The translations under genes and the position numbers were made by a program. A model generated the notes under the pieces. That model searched no databases. It saw only the letters and a program-made list of their open reading frames with translations, and was not told the DNA's origin. From the NCBI GenBank assembly GCA_035510575.1, contig DATKGV010000012.1, positions 7,596 through 71,595 of the forward strand: a stretch of DNA of 64,000 bases, in the 5' to 3' direction. The DNA comes from Minisyncoccota bacterium. Lineage in GTDB: Bacteria > Patescibacteriota > Minisyncoccia > Phycocordibacterales > UBA9973. Below are positions 1 through 8,308 of this stretch, piece by piece. Position 1 is the first letter of the stretch, and every line of letters starts with the position of its first letter.

Positions 1-306
1 ATTTCCGTACGGATTTTTTTGTACAAATATCGCATTGGAACGGATGAGATTTCGAAGCGAAGTGTTTATGGACGGACGAGACAATCCTGTACCAAAGTCG
101 AGCTGCTTTCCCTGATGTGATTTGATGCCATTCTCAAACTGAGTGAAGCTTATACTGTCTTCGTCCTTGTGAAATCCAAATGTGCGACGGCAGATGTAGA
201 GAAGACATCGCGCTTCGGCCTCCGGTAATCTAGGAAGAACAAAATCCAAAATGATATTTGGAATCTGAGAACTATTGGGTATTAAATTTTGTTTATGATC
301 GTCCAT
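1..306 (-). CDS. Phage replication initiator (lambda O-like N-terminal domain), runs off window edge
   Basis: Manual translation from ATG at 306, open to base 1: MDDHKQNLIPNSSQIPNIILDFVLPRLPEAEARCLLYICRRTFGFHKDEDSISFTQFENG...; the QIPN and RRTFGF..D.IS.TQF patterns are typical of O-like initiators. Not in the ORF track. Confidence 0.75.
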   Translation of the reverse strand, partial: MDDHKQNLIPNSSQIPNIILDFVLPRLPEAEARCLLYICRRTFGFHKDEDSISFTQFENGIKSHQGKQLDFGTGLSRPSINTSLRNLIRSNAIFVQKNPYGN

Positions 307-459
307 TGTTTTTGGAAGAGAGAAGCATCGACTTTTAATCGATGTTTCTCTCATATTGTTTTGCCGTCGACCTTTACTCGGCCGTGTCGGGGATTAGCCC
401 CCGATCTCAGCCCTCATGCCACTGCGACAAGGGCTGAGTCAGTGGCGAATCCCTATCGG

Positions 460-1641
460 TTATTTGCCACTTTTCTTTGCCTTGTCAGCTGTGGGTTTCT
501 TGGGACCGTCTTCTTTTGAGTCTCGAAGGTCTTTGTCGAACTTTTCCGCCGGTGTTAATTCCGCCGGAAGCTCGCCTTTTGCTTCGGCGACTTTCTGCTT
601 TCCGAATTCGACCACTCGGGCGAATCCATCCTCGAGAAGTTCCGGCGACATCATTTCGATGGCGGACCAGCTTCGAGTATTGAAGGCATACTCAAGCGCA
701 TCGGTCTTATTTTTCTTTTCCGCTGCGCTTGAGCTTGGCCAGAGCGATACGAGGTAGCCCTCAATTTCTTCTAGCCATCGCTTTTTACCCTGTACCCATT
801 TGCGCTTGTCTTCTTCGGTCTTGATCAAGTCGCCGGCATCCTGTTCGGCATAGCTGAACCGTGCCGCAATTGGATCTTTAATGATCGCTTCAATGGCAGG
901 AGCAAAGTCTTCGTAGGTCGGGTTTTTAAATACCGCACCATCGAGGAGATTGCCTCGCCCTTTGAGGACCACTGACTGACGCCAGACTTCGCGCTTCTTG
1001 CGTTGGATGAGTTCGTGGCGCTCCATGAGTACCAAGACATCAAATTCATATGCGGCGTTTTTCTCTGCCTGCATCTTCACTCCGGTCTTGGTGAACTCCT
1101 TGCGTCCGTCCTCGTCCACTTCCTGCTCCATGCGATCCGACACGCGGCCGGTTGCAAGGATATGCAGGGGTGATTGCACGAGTGGGATTGAAAAGTATTT
1201 ATTCCACTCGCTCTTGATCGACATCCAATCCTGTATCTGGAATGTCTGTCGATTAAGTTTCTTCTTATAAGCTTCTTGGAAGTCCATCCAGATGTGAGTG
1301 ATGCTGTCGATCACCATGATGTCGGCATATCCATCCGAACAGAGCTTCATTGCTTTTACCAAGTCGGCCAGCGAGTGTGTCTCGCGCACCATCGCTTCGA
1401 TTCCATTCTCTTTGAAAAGAGGAATCAGAAACTTTGATGCTTTCTCGGTATCAATAAGCACAATCGGCTTCTTACTGTTGATCTTCTTATGAAGACCAAT
1501 CGCTACTAATGCGGCAGTCCAACTTTTACCGGTTCCCGGTTCCCCTTCAAATGCCGCTTTGAAGAAAGGTTTTGTGTTCCCGATGGCGGTGAAGAATGTA
1601 TCTTCAGCTGTCGGAGAACTGCTTCGTTCTAGTGTTTGCAT
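460..1641 (-). CDS. AAA_24 / Sak4-like phage ATPase (putative recombinase)
   Basis: Walker A GEPGTGKS, IDTE, Walker B IMVIDSITH, YEFDV motif. Confidence 0.75.
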   Translation of the reverse strand: MQTLERSSSPTAEDTFFTAIGNTKPFFKAAFEGEPGTGKSWTAALVAIGLHKKINSKKPIVLIDTEKASKFLIPLFKENGIEAMVRETHSLADLVKAMKLCSDGYADIMVIDSITHIWMDFQEAYKKKLNRQTFQIQDWMSIKSEWNKYFSIPLVQSPLHILATGRVSDRMEQEVDEDGRKEFTKTGVKMQAEKNAAYEFDVLVLMERHELIQRKKREVWRQSVVLKGRGNLLDGAVFKNPTYEDFAPAIEAIIKDPIAARFSYAEQDAGDLIKTEEDKRKWVQGKKRWLEEIEGYLVSLWPSSSAAEKKNKTDALEYAFNTRSWSAIEMMSPELLEDGFARVVEFGKQKVAEAKGELPAELTPAEKFDKDLRDSKEDGPKKPTADKAKKSGK

Positions 1642-1721
1642 AATTTATTTTGCTTGACACCACGAAGGGGTCTTTGATACACTTGTATCTGTTTGATGAA
1701 AGGCTCCCTTCGAGGGGTCTT

Positions 1722-2039
1722 TTATTTTTTCTCTAGTAATGTGCTGATTCGTTTGTCAGCGTCAGCAAGCATGTCTTTCTTGATTTGCTTGATGATTTCT
1801 CTGAGTAATCCATCGCGGATGATTCCATGAGCCATGACCATGGCTTTCTCGTCTTCCGCATCCATGTTGGTTAGCTTGCCCATAAGTTCGCCGGTGTATT
1901 CGGCTACCTGGTCAAATGTCTCTGCAAGGATTCGTTCGTCGACAATTGCCGGCGCTCTATCCTCGACTAGTTTTAATGCTTCCCTCGCTAGTACTTTCAT
2001 TTGTGCTTTGTTTGGCATCTGTGTCTTCTTTGAGCTCAA
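1722..2039 (-). CDS. Hypothetical protein of the mobile module (true start probably MPNKAQ)
   Basis: 105-aa ORF co-directional with neighbours; no recognised motif. Confidence 0.55.
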   Translation of the reverse strand: MSSKKTQMPNKAQMKVLAREALKLVEDRAPAIVDERILAETFDQVAEYTGELMGKLTNMDAEDEKAMVMAHGIIRDGLLREIIKQIKKDMLADADKRISTLLEKK

Positions 2040-2286
2040 ACTTAAGGTCGCGCCTCTTTTGATTTTTAAGGCTTAGGGCGACGTTCTTCTTCAGTCGTAG
2101 CTCGTTAGGCTGATAATCGATATCGACTTGATCGCCTATTTGCAGTCGATACTTTTCTGTGAGCCATCTACCTTCGAGGATTAAAGCTGGTATGCCATAT
2201 CTTCGATAGGTAACCGCTCTAGTTTTTTTAAGTGTTTTCATTGCTAGCATCTGCCGTTGTACATCGGCTGATCTCTTTCGAGACAA
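1957..2286 (-). CDS. SymE-like / AbrB-fold protein
   Basis: IPALILEGRWL...LQIGDQVDIDYQPNELRL resembles the SymE core P.L.L.G.WL...G..V.V. Confidence 0.6.
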   Translation of the reverse strand: MSRKRSADVQRQMLAMKTLKKTRAVTYRRYGIPALILEGRWLTEKYRLQIGDQVDIDYQPNELRLKKNVALSLKNQKRRDLKFELKEDTDAKQSTNESTSEGSIKTSRG

Positions 2287-2359
2287 TGTTGTCAGACTTC
2301 GCTCTCGTCTGATTGGTTAATAATTTCGACCTTTAAGGCGAGCGTAAGCGGGCAATAAA

Positions 2360-2386
2360 AAAGCCCTGCTTTTTTCGCAGGGCTTT
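2360..2386 (-). terminator. Intrinsic terminator after gap
   Basis: aaagccctgc...gcagggcttt stem; T-run follows on the minus strand. Confidence 0.7.
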
Positions 2387-2409
2387 CTTGAAATTTTCTT
2401 ATATGGTTT

Positions 2410-3453
2410 TTATTTTATACTTTGTCCAGTCTTGATGACGTGTTCGACCAACGTGTGGGTGTACCCCATTTCATTGTCGTACCAGCCCATGACTTTCACA
2501 AGATTGCCTCCGACAACGCGAGTCATTTCAAGGTCAGCGATTGAAGCATGAGAATTTCCAAGTATGTCGCTTGAAACCAATGGTTCATTTGTGACAGCAA
2601 ATAATTTGTCCCAACGCTTATCAGCTGATGCTTTCTTTAATATTTCATTCACTTCTTCTTTTGTTGTTGGTCGCTTTGAAATGAAAGTAATATCAACAAT
2701 TGAGCCGGCTATCACTGGCACGCGGATAGATATGCCATCAAAGAGACCTTTTAGCTCTGGGAACGCTTCTGTGACTGCAATAGCAGCACCTGTAGAGCTA
2801 GGAACGATATTCTGAGCGGCAGCCCTGCCTTCACGCAGGTCTTTCTTGCTTGGTCCATCCACAAGTGATTGACTAGCAGTATAACCATGAACAGTATTTA
2901 AAATTGCCTTCTCTATGCCTAAACTCTCATGTAATATTGCAATAAGTGGCGATGCAGCATTTGTCGTGCAAGAAGCGTTTGAAGTTATATCGCAAATGCC
3001 GAATTTGTCTTCATTAACTCCAAGCAATATTGTTTCGCCTTTCGCGCTGCCAAGCGAAGATTTTGAAGGTGCTGATATGACAACTTTCTTTGCTCCGCAA
3101 GTTATATGGAATTGCGCTTTGTCATATGAAGTAAACAAGCCGGTAGATTCAACAACAACATCAATATTTAAGTCCTTCCATGGTAGTTTTGCCGTATCTT
3201 TTTCTGAAATAAACTTAACTTTTTTATTGTCAATAATAAAATCAGTGCCAGAAATTTTCACATCATGATTCCAGTCATGGTAGACAGTGTCATGACGAAG
3301 CAAATACGCCAAGCTATCAATAGAACCGAGATCATTGACAGCAACTATCTCAATGTCCTCCCTTTCCCATGCGATTTTTAGAAATGCCCGGCCAATCCTG
3401 CCAAAGCCATTAATTGCCACCCGAACTTTTTTTGTATTGTTGAATAATTTCAT
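2410..3453 (-). CDS. gap: Glyceraldehyde-3-phosphate dehydrogenase, type I
   Basis: INGFGRIGR, SNASCTTN, WYDNE motifs. Confidence 0.97.
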   Translation of the reverse strand: MKLFNNTKKVRVAINGFGRIGRAFLKIAWEREDIEIVAVNDLGSIDSLAYLLRHDTVYHDWNHDVKISGTDFIIDNKKVKFISEKDTAKLPWKDLNIDVVVESTGLFTSYDKAQFHITCGAKKVVISAPSKSSLGSAKGETILLGVNEDKFGICDITSNASCTTNAASPLIAILHESLGIEKAILNTVHGYTASQSLVDGPSKKDLREGRAAAQNIVPSSTGAAIAVTEAFPELKGLFDGISIRVPVIAGSIVDITFISKRPTTKEEVNEILKKASADKRWDKLFAVTNEPLVSSDILGNSHASIADLEMTRVVGGNLVKVMGWYDNEMGYTHTLVEHVIKTGQSIK

Positions 3454-3488
3454 AATTCGATTATATCATTTTATTATTATAAATTACA

Positions 3489-3515
3489 AAATTTAGTAGT
3501 TGAACTACTAAATTT
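3489..3515. repeat. REP-like palindrome copy 1
   Basis: aaatttagtagt-tga-actactaaattt. Confidence 0.9.
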
Positions 3516-3534
3516 ATGATATAATCAAATAATC

Positions 3535-4164
3535 ATGAGAAATCATATTTTTGAAATTGGGAAATATTATCATATTTATAATAGAGGAGTAGATAAAAGA
3601 GATATTATTTTAGACGAAGAAGATATTAAAAGGTTTTTGCAAAGTTTAATTGAATTTAATACTATTGATCCAATTCAAAGTATTTTTCAACAACACTTAA
3701 AGAAAAAGTTAAAATTTAGTAGTTCAACTACTAAAAAACAATTGGTTTCTATTGTTGCTTATTGTATAAATCTTAATCATTTCCATTTACTCATTACTCC
3801 TCTAGTAGATAAAGGAATTGAAAAATTTATGCAACGTATTGGTGGTTACACTAGGTTTTTTAATGAAAAATATGATAGATCTGGAGCTTTATTTCAAGGA
3901 AGATTCAAATCAAAAATTATAGAAGATAATAATTACCTTCTTAATTTAAGTGCTTATATAAATTTTAATAATAGAAAAGAAGATGGAGATTTTATTTCAG
4001 AATTTAGTAAATCAAGCCTTGAGGAGTATATTCAAGATGACACAAAAGGTCTTTGTTCCAAAAAAATAATTTTATCTAATTTTAAAAATAAAAAAGATTA
4101 TTTAGAATTTGCAAAATCTTCATGGAAAGAAACTTTAAAAAGAAAAGAAGAAGTAGAATTTTAG
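3535..4164 (+). CDS. REP-associated tyrosine transposase (RAYT, Y1 HUH family)
   Basis: YHIYNRGVDK, YCINLNHFHLL (HUH), R.G.LFQGRFKS, YINFN. Confidence 0.9.
   Translation: MRNHIFEIGKYYHIYNRGVDKRDIILDEEDIKRFLQSLIEFNTIDPIQSIFQQHLKKKLKFSSSTTKKQLVSIVAYCINLNHFHLLITPLVDKGIEKFMQRIGGYTRFFNEKYDRSGALFQGRFKSKIIEDNNYLLNLSAYINFNNRKEDGDFISEFSKSSLEEYIQDDTKGLCSKKIILSNFKNKKDYLEFAKSSWKETLKRKEEVEF
3715..3735. repeat. REP-like palindrome copy 2, inside the transposase ORF
   Basis: tttagtagt-tca-actactaaa, read as FSSSTTK; loop is the reverse complement of copy 1. Confidence 0.9.
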
Positions 4165-4178
4165 TAGTTGGACTACTA
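4162..4178. repeat. REP-like palindrome copy 3
   Basis: tagtagt-tgg-actacta; supplies the TAG stop of the transposase. Confidence 0.85.
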
Positions 4179-4939
4179 TTATTTATATAATTTAAAACAT
4201 TTATTCTTAAGTATAGCTACTTCTTTTATTATATTTAGTTTTGATGCATATTTTACATCCTCATCAAATTCCCAACTACGTAATTCTCTTCCACTAATAG
4301 AATCCCAAATTAATTTTTTAAATTTGGATTTAGATTTTTTATATGCATTTAAACACACTTCTACTTCTGGTGATTTTGTTCCTTTTAAATAACTAATTAT
4401 TAATCCCGCTCCTAAATAATCTTCAATATTGGGACGTAATTCCTTATCCCCCTCCATCTTTCTCCACAAGATATAATAGTAACAGGTATTTTATTAAATT
4501 TTCTTATTCTATTAACTATTTGCGCCACAGGACGAGCATTTATTATGGAACCAATAAAAACAAAATCATTATTTTCAGCTATTTTAGAATAAGTTGAACC
4601 ATTACGAGATGGTAATAAAAATTTTTTACCATTACATGATTTATTAAAAGACAAAGAAGATAAGGATTGTTTATTATAAAGTTTTGCTTCTGACCTTCCT
4701 AATACAACTTCTGCATTAATCTCTTTTGCATATGAATCTATATCTTCTATTTCTGTTTTTGAAAAAGGAAAAATTTCTGATCCATAGTGAATTGCTGTTG
4801 TTACAGTAGTGGAGAAACTCAAAATATCAACAATTATAATAATATCTTTTCTTTTTACTGCTTCTTTTATACCATTTAGACCCCAATCCAATTTACATTC
4901 AAATGGTTCTTGATTAAATACATTATCTGTTTCTTTCAT
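4179..4939 (-). pseudogene. 2-phosphosulfolactate phosphatase (ComB family), split by one frameshift
   Basis: ORF 4412-4939 has VDILSFSTT and SRNGS; ORF 4179-4469 has RPNIEDYLGAG and SGREL; frames switch at GGAGGGGGAT near 4450. Confidence 0.8.
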
Positions 4940-4951
4940 TATTTTTGAGAA

Positions 4952-4978
4952 AATTTTAGTAGTTGGACTACTAAAATT
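4952..4978. repeat. REP-like palindrome copy 4
   Basis: aattttagtagt-tgg-actactaaaatt. Confidence 0.9.
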
Positions 4979-4984
4979 ATTAAT

Positions 4985-6400
4985 TTATTTTAATAACTCT
5001 TTTAATATCTTCTGAACAAGTGCAGGATTAGCCGAACCTTTGGTTTCCTTCATAATTTGGCCGACAAGTGACATAAGGGCATTTTCCTTGCCCCCTTTAT
5101 ATGTTGCTACCACTTGCGGATTAGCATCAATAACTTTTTGAACGATTTCTTTAAGCGCGCTCTCATCATGATTCTGTATCAGTCCCTTCTCATTGGCTAT
5201 TTTTTCCGGAGATTCGTCGTTGACTACAATCATAGCAAGCATATCTTTGGCTACACGAGATGAAATTTTTCCATCAGTTGCCATATTTATAAGCTCGGCA
5301 AAGTTTTTAACGCTTGGAAGTTTAATATCTCCATTTAATTTTTTTAACCCCAAATAATCAGAAGTTATATAATTGGAAGATATTTTAATTTTATTTTTAT
5401 CATTTAATATTTTAGCAATATCTTCAAACCATGTTCCAAGTTCAATATCAGTAATATAGCTTTCAATATCCTCATCTTTTATTCCGTAATCATTCTTATA
5501 ACGATTTCGTTTTGCGCTTGGCAATTCAGGCAAGCTTTTCCTTATTGCTTCAATATCAAAGACCTTGCTTAAATACAATTTTGGCAAATCAGGGTCCGGG
5601 AAATAGCGATAATCATTAGCATTTTCTTTTGAACGCTGAGAGAAAGTTATTTGTTTATTCTCATCCCAACCACGAGTTTCTTGAACTATTTCACTTCCCT
5701 TTCCAGCATCAAGTAATTCTGTCATTCTTTTAATTTCAAATTCTGCTGCTCGTTCAACTGCGCGAAAAGAATTGATATTTTTTATTTCGCATTTTGTGCC
5801 TAATTTATCAGGATTATCAGAAAGTGATATATTAAGCTCCACTCGCATTTGGCCTTTTTCCATATTTGCTTCTGAGACGCCAAGATAACGAAGCAAAAGC
5901 TGTAATTCACGGCCAAAGTTCCCCGCTTCTTTAGCGCTGTGTATAACTGGTTCAGTAACAAGTTCCATAAGCGGTACGCCTGCGCGATTAAAATCTACAA
6001 GCGAATAATCGCCCTTGTCGTGCTTGCTTGTTGCTGTATCTTCTTCAAGATGAACTCGAGTTATAGCAACTCCATTTAATTCTCCGCCTGAAACGATCGG
6101 AAATTTATATTGAGAAATCTGATACGCCTTTGGTATGTCGGGATAGAAATAATTTTTGCGGTCAAATTCGGTAAAATCGGCAATATTGGCATTCAGTGCA
6201 AGCCCTACTTTTATAACATATTCAACTGCTTTCTTATTTATTACAGGCAAAGTGCCGGGGTGTGCCATGCAGACCGGGCAGATATTTACGTTTGGCGCAT
6301 CTATATCTGGATTATTGGCGCAACCGCAAAACATCTTTGAATTTGTCTTCAATTCCGCGTGAATTTCAAGGCCTATGGTTGTGTAATATTGTTTCGGCAT
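4985..6400 (-). CDS. gatB: Asp/Glu-tRNA amidotransferase subunit B
   Basis: IGLEIHAEL, FDRKNYFYPD, DYRYFPDPDLP; start placed at MPKQ, 6 nt after TGCTATAAT. Confidence 0.97.
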   Translation of the reverse strand: MPKQYYTTIGLEIHAELKTNSKMFCGCANNPDIDAPNVNICPVCMAHPGTLPVINKKAVEYVIKVGLALNANIADFTEFDRKNYFYPDIPKAYQISQYKFPIVSGGELNGVAITRVHLEEDTATSKHDKGDYSLVDFNRAGVPLMELVTEPVIHSAKEAGNFGRELQLLLRYLGVSEANMEKGQMRVELNISLSDNPDKLGTKCEIKNINSFRAVERAAEFEIKRMTELLDAGKGSEIVQETRGWDENKQITFSQRSKENANDYRYFPDPDLPKLYLSKVFDIEAIRKSLPELPSAKRNRYKNDYGIKDEDIESYITDIELGTWFEDIAKILNDKNKIKISSNYITSDYLGLKKLNGDIKLPSVKNFAELINMATDGKISSRVAKDMLAMIVVNDESPEKIANEKGLIQNHDESALKEIVQKVIDANPQVVATYKGGKENALMSLVGQIMKETKGSANPALVQKILKELLK

Positions 6401-6465
6401 TGGTTGATTATAGCAAAAGTTGTAAAATTTCAAAAATTATGTAATTATTTACTCGTAATAATATT

Positions 6466-6547
6466 GCCCGAGTGGCGGAATTGGTATACGCGCACGACTT
6501 AAAATCGTGTCTCGCAAGGGATGTGGGTTCGATTCCCACCTCGGGCA
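6466..6547 (+). tRNA. tRNA-Leu (anticodon TAA)
   Basis: Acceptor stem GCCCGAG/CTCGGGC, anticodon arm CACGA-CTTAAAA-TCGTG, long variable arm, GGTTCGATTC T-loop; CCA not encoded. Confidence 0.97.
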
Positions 6548-6592
6548 CAAAGAAAAAAAGCAGGCAAAATACCTACTTTTAATTTTGAGAAT

Positions 6593-6958
6593 TTAATTAG
6601 TTTGAACACCCAGCTTTTTTTGTATGGCATTTATATTCAATGTTTTATCTATTGCAGATTGGTCTACTGTTGGAAGCTTTAAACTTGGTATGACGCTTTG
6701 TACTTGGTTAATTCCCTGGCTGATTGCGCTTCCCCAAATTACATTATTCCAAACATACATGACAGGTTTAGAAAGATATTTATTCCAGATATCTTGGCCT
6801 GTCTGTTCAATATAATTTACATTGCCTTGGAATTGAGGAGAATTAATGAAGGATTTGATATTAACCTTAAACAGAACAAACAAAATTATTATTATAATAA
6901 TTGCTCCCCCGATATGGATATGTATATTTGATCTTGGTTTTTGCATATCTTCACTCAT
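6593..6958 (-). CDS. Hypothetical single-TM membrane protein
   Basis: N-terminal hydrophobic GGAIIIIIILFVLF. Confidence 0.7.
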   Translation of the reverse strand: MSEDMQKPRSNIHIHIGGAIIIIIILFVLFKVNIKSFINSPQFQGNVNYIEQTGQDIWNKYLSKPVMYVWNNVIWGSAISQGINQVQSVIPSLKLPTVDQSAIDKTLNINAIQKKLGVQTN

Positions 6959-6973
6959 GCTCCTATTTTATCA

Positions 6974-8290
6974 CTAATCTCGAGCTGTGTCATTCTTAAT
7001 CATATTTGCTGATATTTTAGGCAGGTAAAGAAGTGGATCAAGATAAGCGCTTGTCGGCGCGATTGGCATAATGAACGTCTTGCCATTACAGCTTAAGCTT
7101 GGCACCGTCTTCACATCAGCGCCTTGAGATGCATAAACCGTCACGTGCAAATGCGGCGCAGTTGAGTGGCCAGTATTGCCGGATAATGCGACCACATCTC
7201 CTGTTTGAACTTTTTGACCGGCAACTCCCAATATTAATGATAAATGGCCGAATGTGCTCGATAGCCCGTTATAATATCTTATGAAAACCCATTTGCCGAA
7301 AGATGCTCCTTTGCAATATTGATCAGTATCGCCTGTGCCGATGATTGTGCCTGCACCCATTGATTTGACCTGCGTGCCGATTGAAGCTCTGAAGTCCACA
7401 CCGCTATGAGAACCTGAGACATAGAGGCGCTTCGCCGCGACTGTTTTCCCAAAAAGCTGCGTTACAAAGACACTATCAAGAGGCCAGGATAAAACGCTTG
7501 ATCCTTCTGCCGGCAGAAGATTAGGATTTAATATGAATTTAAGCTGCGATTCATAATCGCTTAATTTCTTTTCAAATTCATCGCGCTTTTTCTGGCGGTC
7601 AGCCAGAAGCTTTTTATACGCTGATTCTGTATTTTTAGTTTCAGTCAGGAGATCGCTATTTTCTTTTTTTGTTATTTCTATAACCTGTTGCTTTTGTATC
7701 AAATTATTCTTTAGAGTCGTCAAATTCTTTTGCTCAGTTTCTTTCTTGTTTTTTGATATATTGAGCGAATTTATTTGTTCTCCCAAATCTATGATATGCT
7801 TCCGTATTCCTTCATTGATATTCAATATGTTATTATACTCCCTGCTCATACTGGCCAGATCATCTTGAGAGAGTAATTTTTCTATCGTAGTCAAACTATC
7901 GCTCTCATTCAAATCTTTCAGCATTTTAATCAAAGAACTTTTTGATTCATTTACTGATTTTTGCTGAATGCTTATATTGCCGGACAATTCCTGGATAACC
8001 AGATTTGCCGCGACAATTTTCTTTTGCGTTTGCGCTTTTTCCGTGAGCAGCTTGGATCTTGTTAAAGCAAGTTCTTTAATCAAATTTGCCAAAGTATTCG
8101 ATTTTTCATTGGTTTGCGATATTTGCGCTTGATATTGGCTTATTTCATTATCAAGGGCTTGTATTTGGCTGTTAACATCATTTATTTGCTTATTCAAATC
8201 TTCGGCTGTTGCGGAGTAAATATGATGTGCCGGAACGCAAAAAATAGACACCATAATTATCAAGCTTGCTATAAATATCAGCTTTTTCAT
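6974..8290 (-). CDS. M23 peptidase with long coiled coil (EnvC/MepM-like)
   Basis: Signal peptide, coiled coil, HSGVDF and PHLH zinc motifs. Confidence 0.9.
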   Translation of the reverse strand: MKKLIFIASLIIMVSIFCVPAHHIYSATAEDLNKQINDVNSQIQALDNEISQYQAQISQTNEKSNTLANLIKELALTRSKLLTEKAQTQKKIVAANLVIQELSGNISIQQKSVNESKSSLIKMLKDLNESDSLTTIEKLLSQDDLASMSREYNNILNINEGIRKHIIDLGEQINSLNISKNKKETEQKNLTTLKNNLIQKQQVIEITKKENSDLLTETKNTESAYKKLLADRQKKRDEFEKKLSDYESQLKFILNPNLLPAEGSSVLSWPLDSVFVTQLFGKTVAAKRLYVSGSHSGVDFRASIGTQVKSMGAGTIIGTGDTDQYCKGASFGKWVFIRYYNGLSSTFGHLSLILGVAGQKVQTGDVVALSGNTGHSTAPHLHVTVYASQGADVKTVPSLSCNGKTFIMPIAPTSAYLDPLLYLPKISANMIKNDTARD

Positions 8291-8308
8291 TATAAGTTTA
8301 TTATACTA

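Larger units (their letters stand above)
1..2340. mobile_element. Edge of prophage/ICE-like module (replication initiator, Sak4-like ATPase, SymE-like gene)
   Basis: Phage-type genes, visibly more GC-rich than the flank; ends near the gap terminator. No integrase or att site visible in the window. Confidence 0.6.

Noticed and set aside
381-460. HDV-like or hammerhead ribozyme in the initiator leader (GGCGAA before a short helix)
   Set aside because: I could not build the P1/P3/L3/P1.1 topology or a CUGANGA...GAAA core; kept only as a generic structured region.
1957-2039. 83-nt overlap between the SymE-like and orphan ORFs as a programmed frameshift
   Set aside because: No canonical slippery heptamer with a downstream structure was found; an internal ATG start reduces the overlap.
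3030-3070. SSLGSAKG stretch in GAPDH as another palindromic insertion
   Set aside because: Only a 5-bp stem, within a naturally variable loop.
3489-4978. Four palindromes as a CRISPR array or integron attC sites
   Set aside because: Spacing is irregular and gene-sized, there are no attC R-box motifs, and the adjacent enzyme is an HUH transposase, not a tyrosine recombinase.
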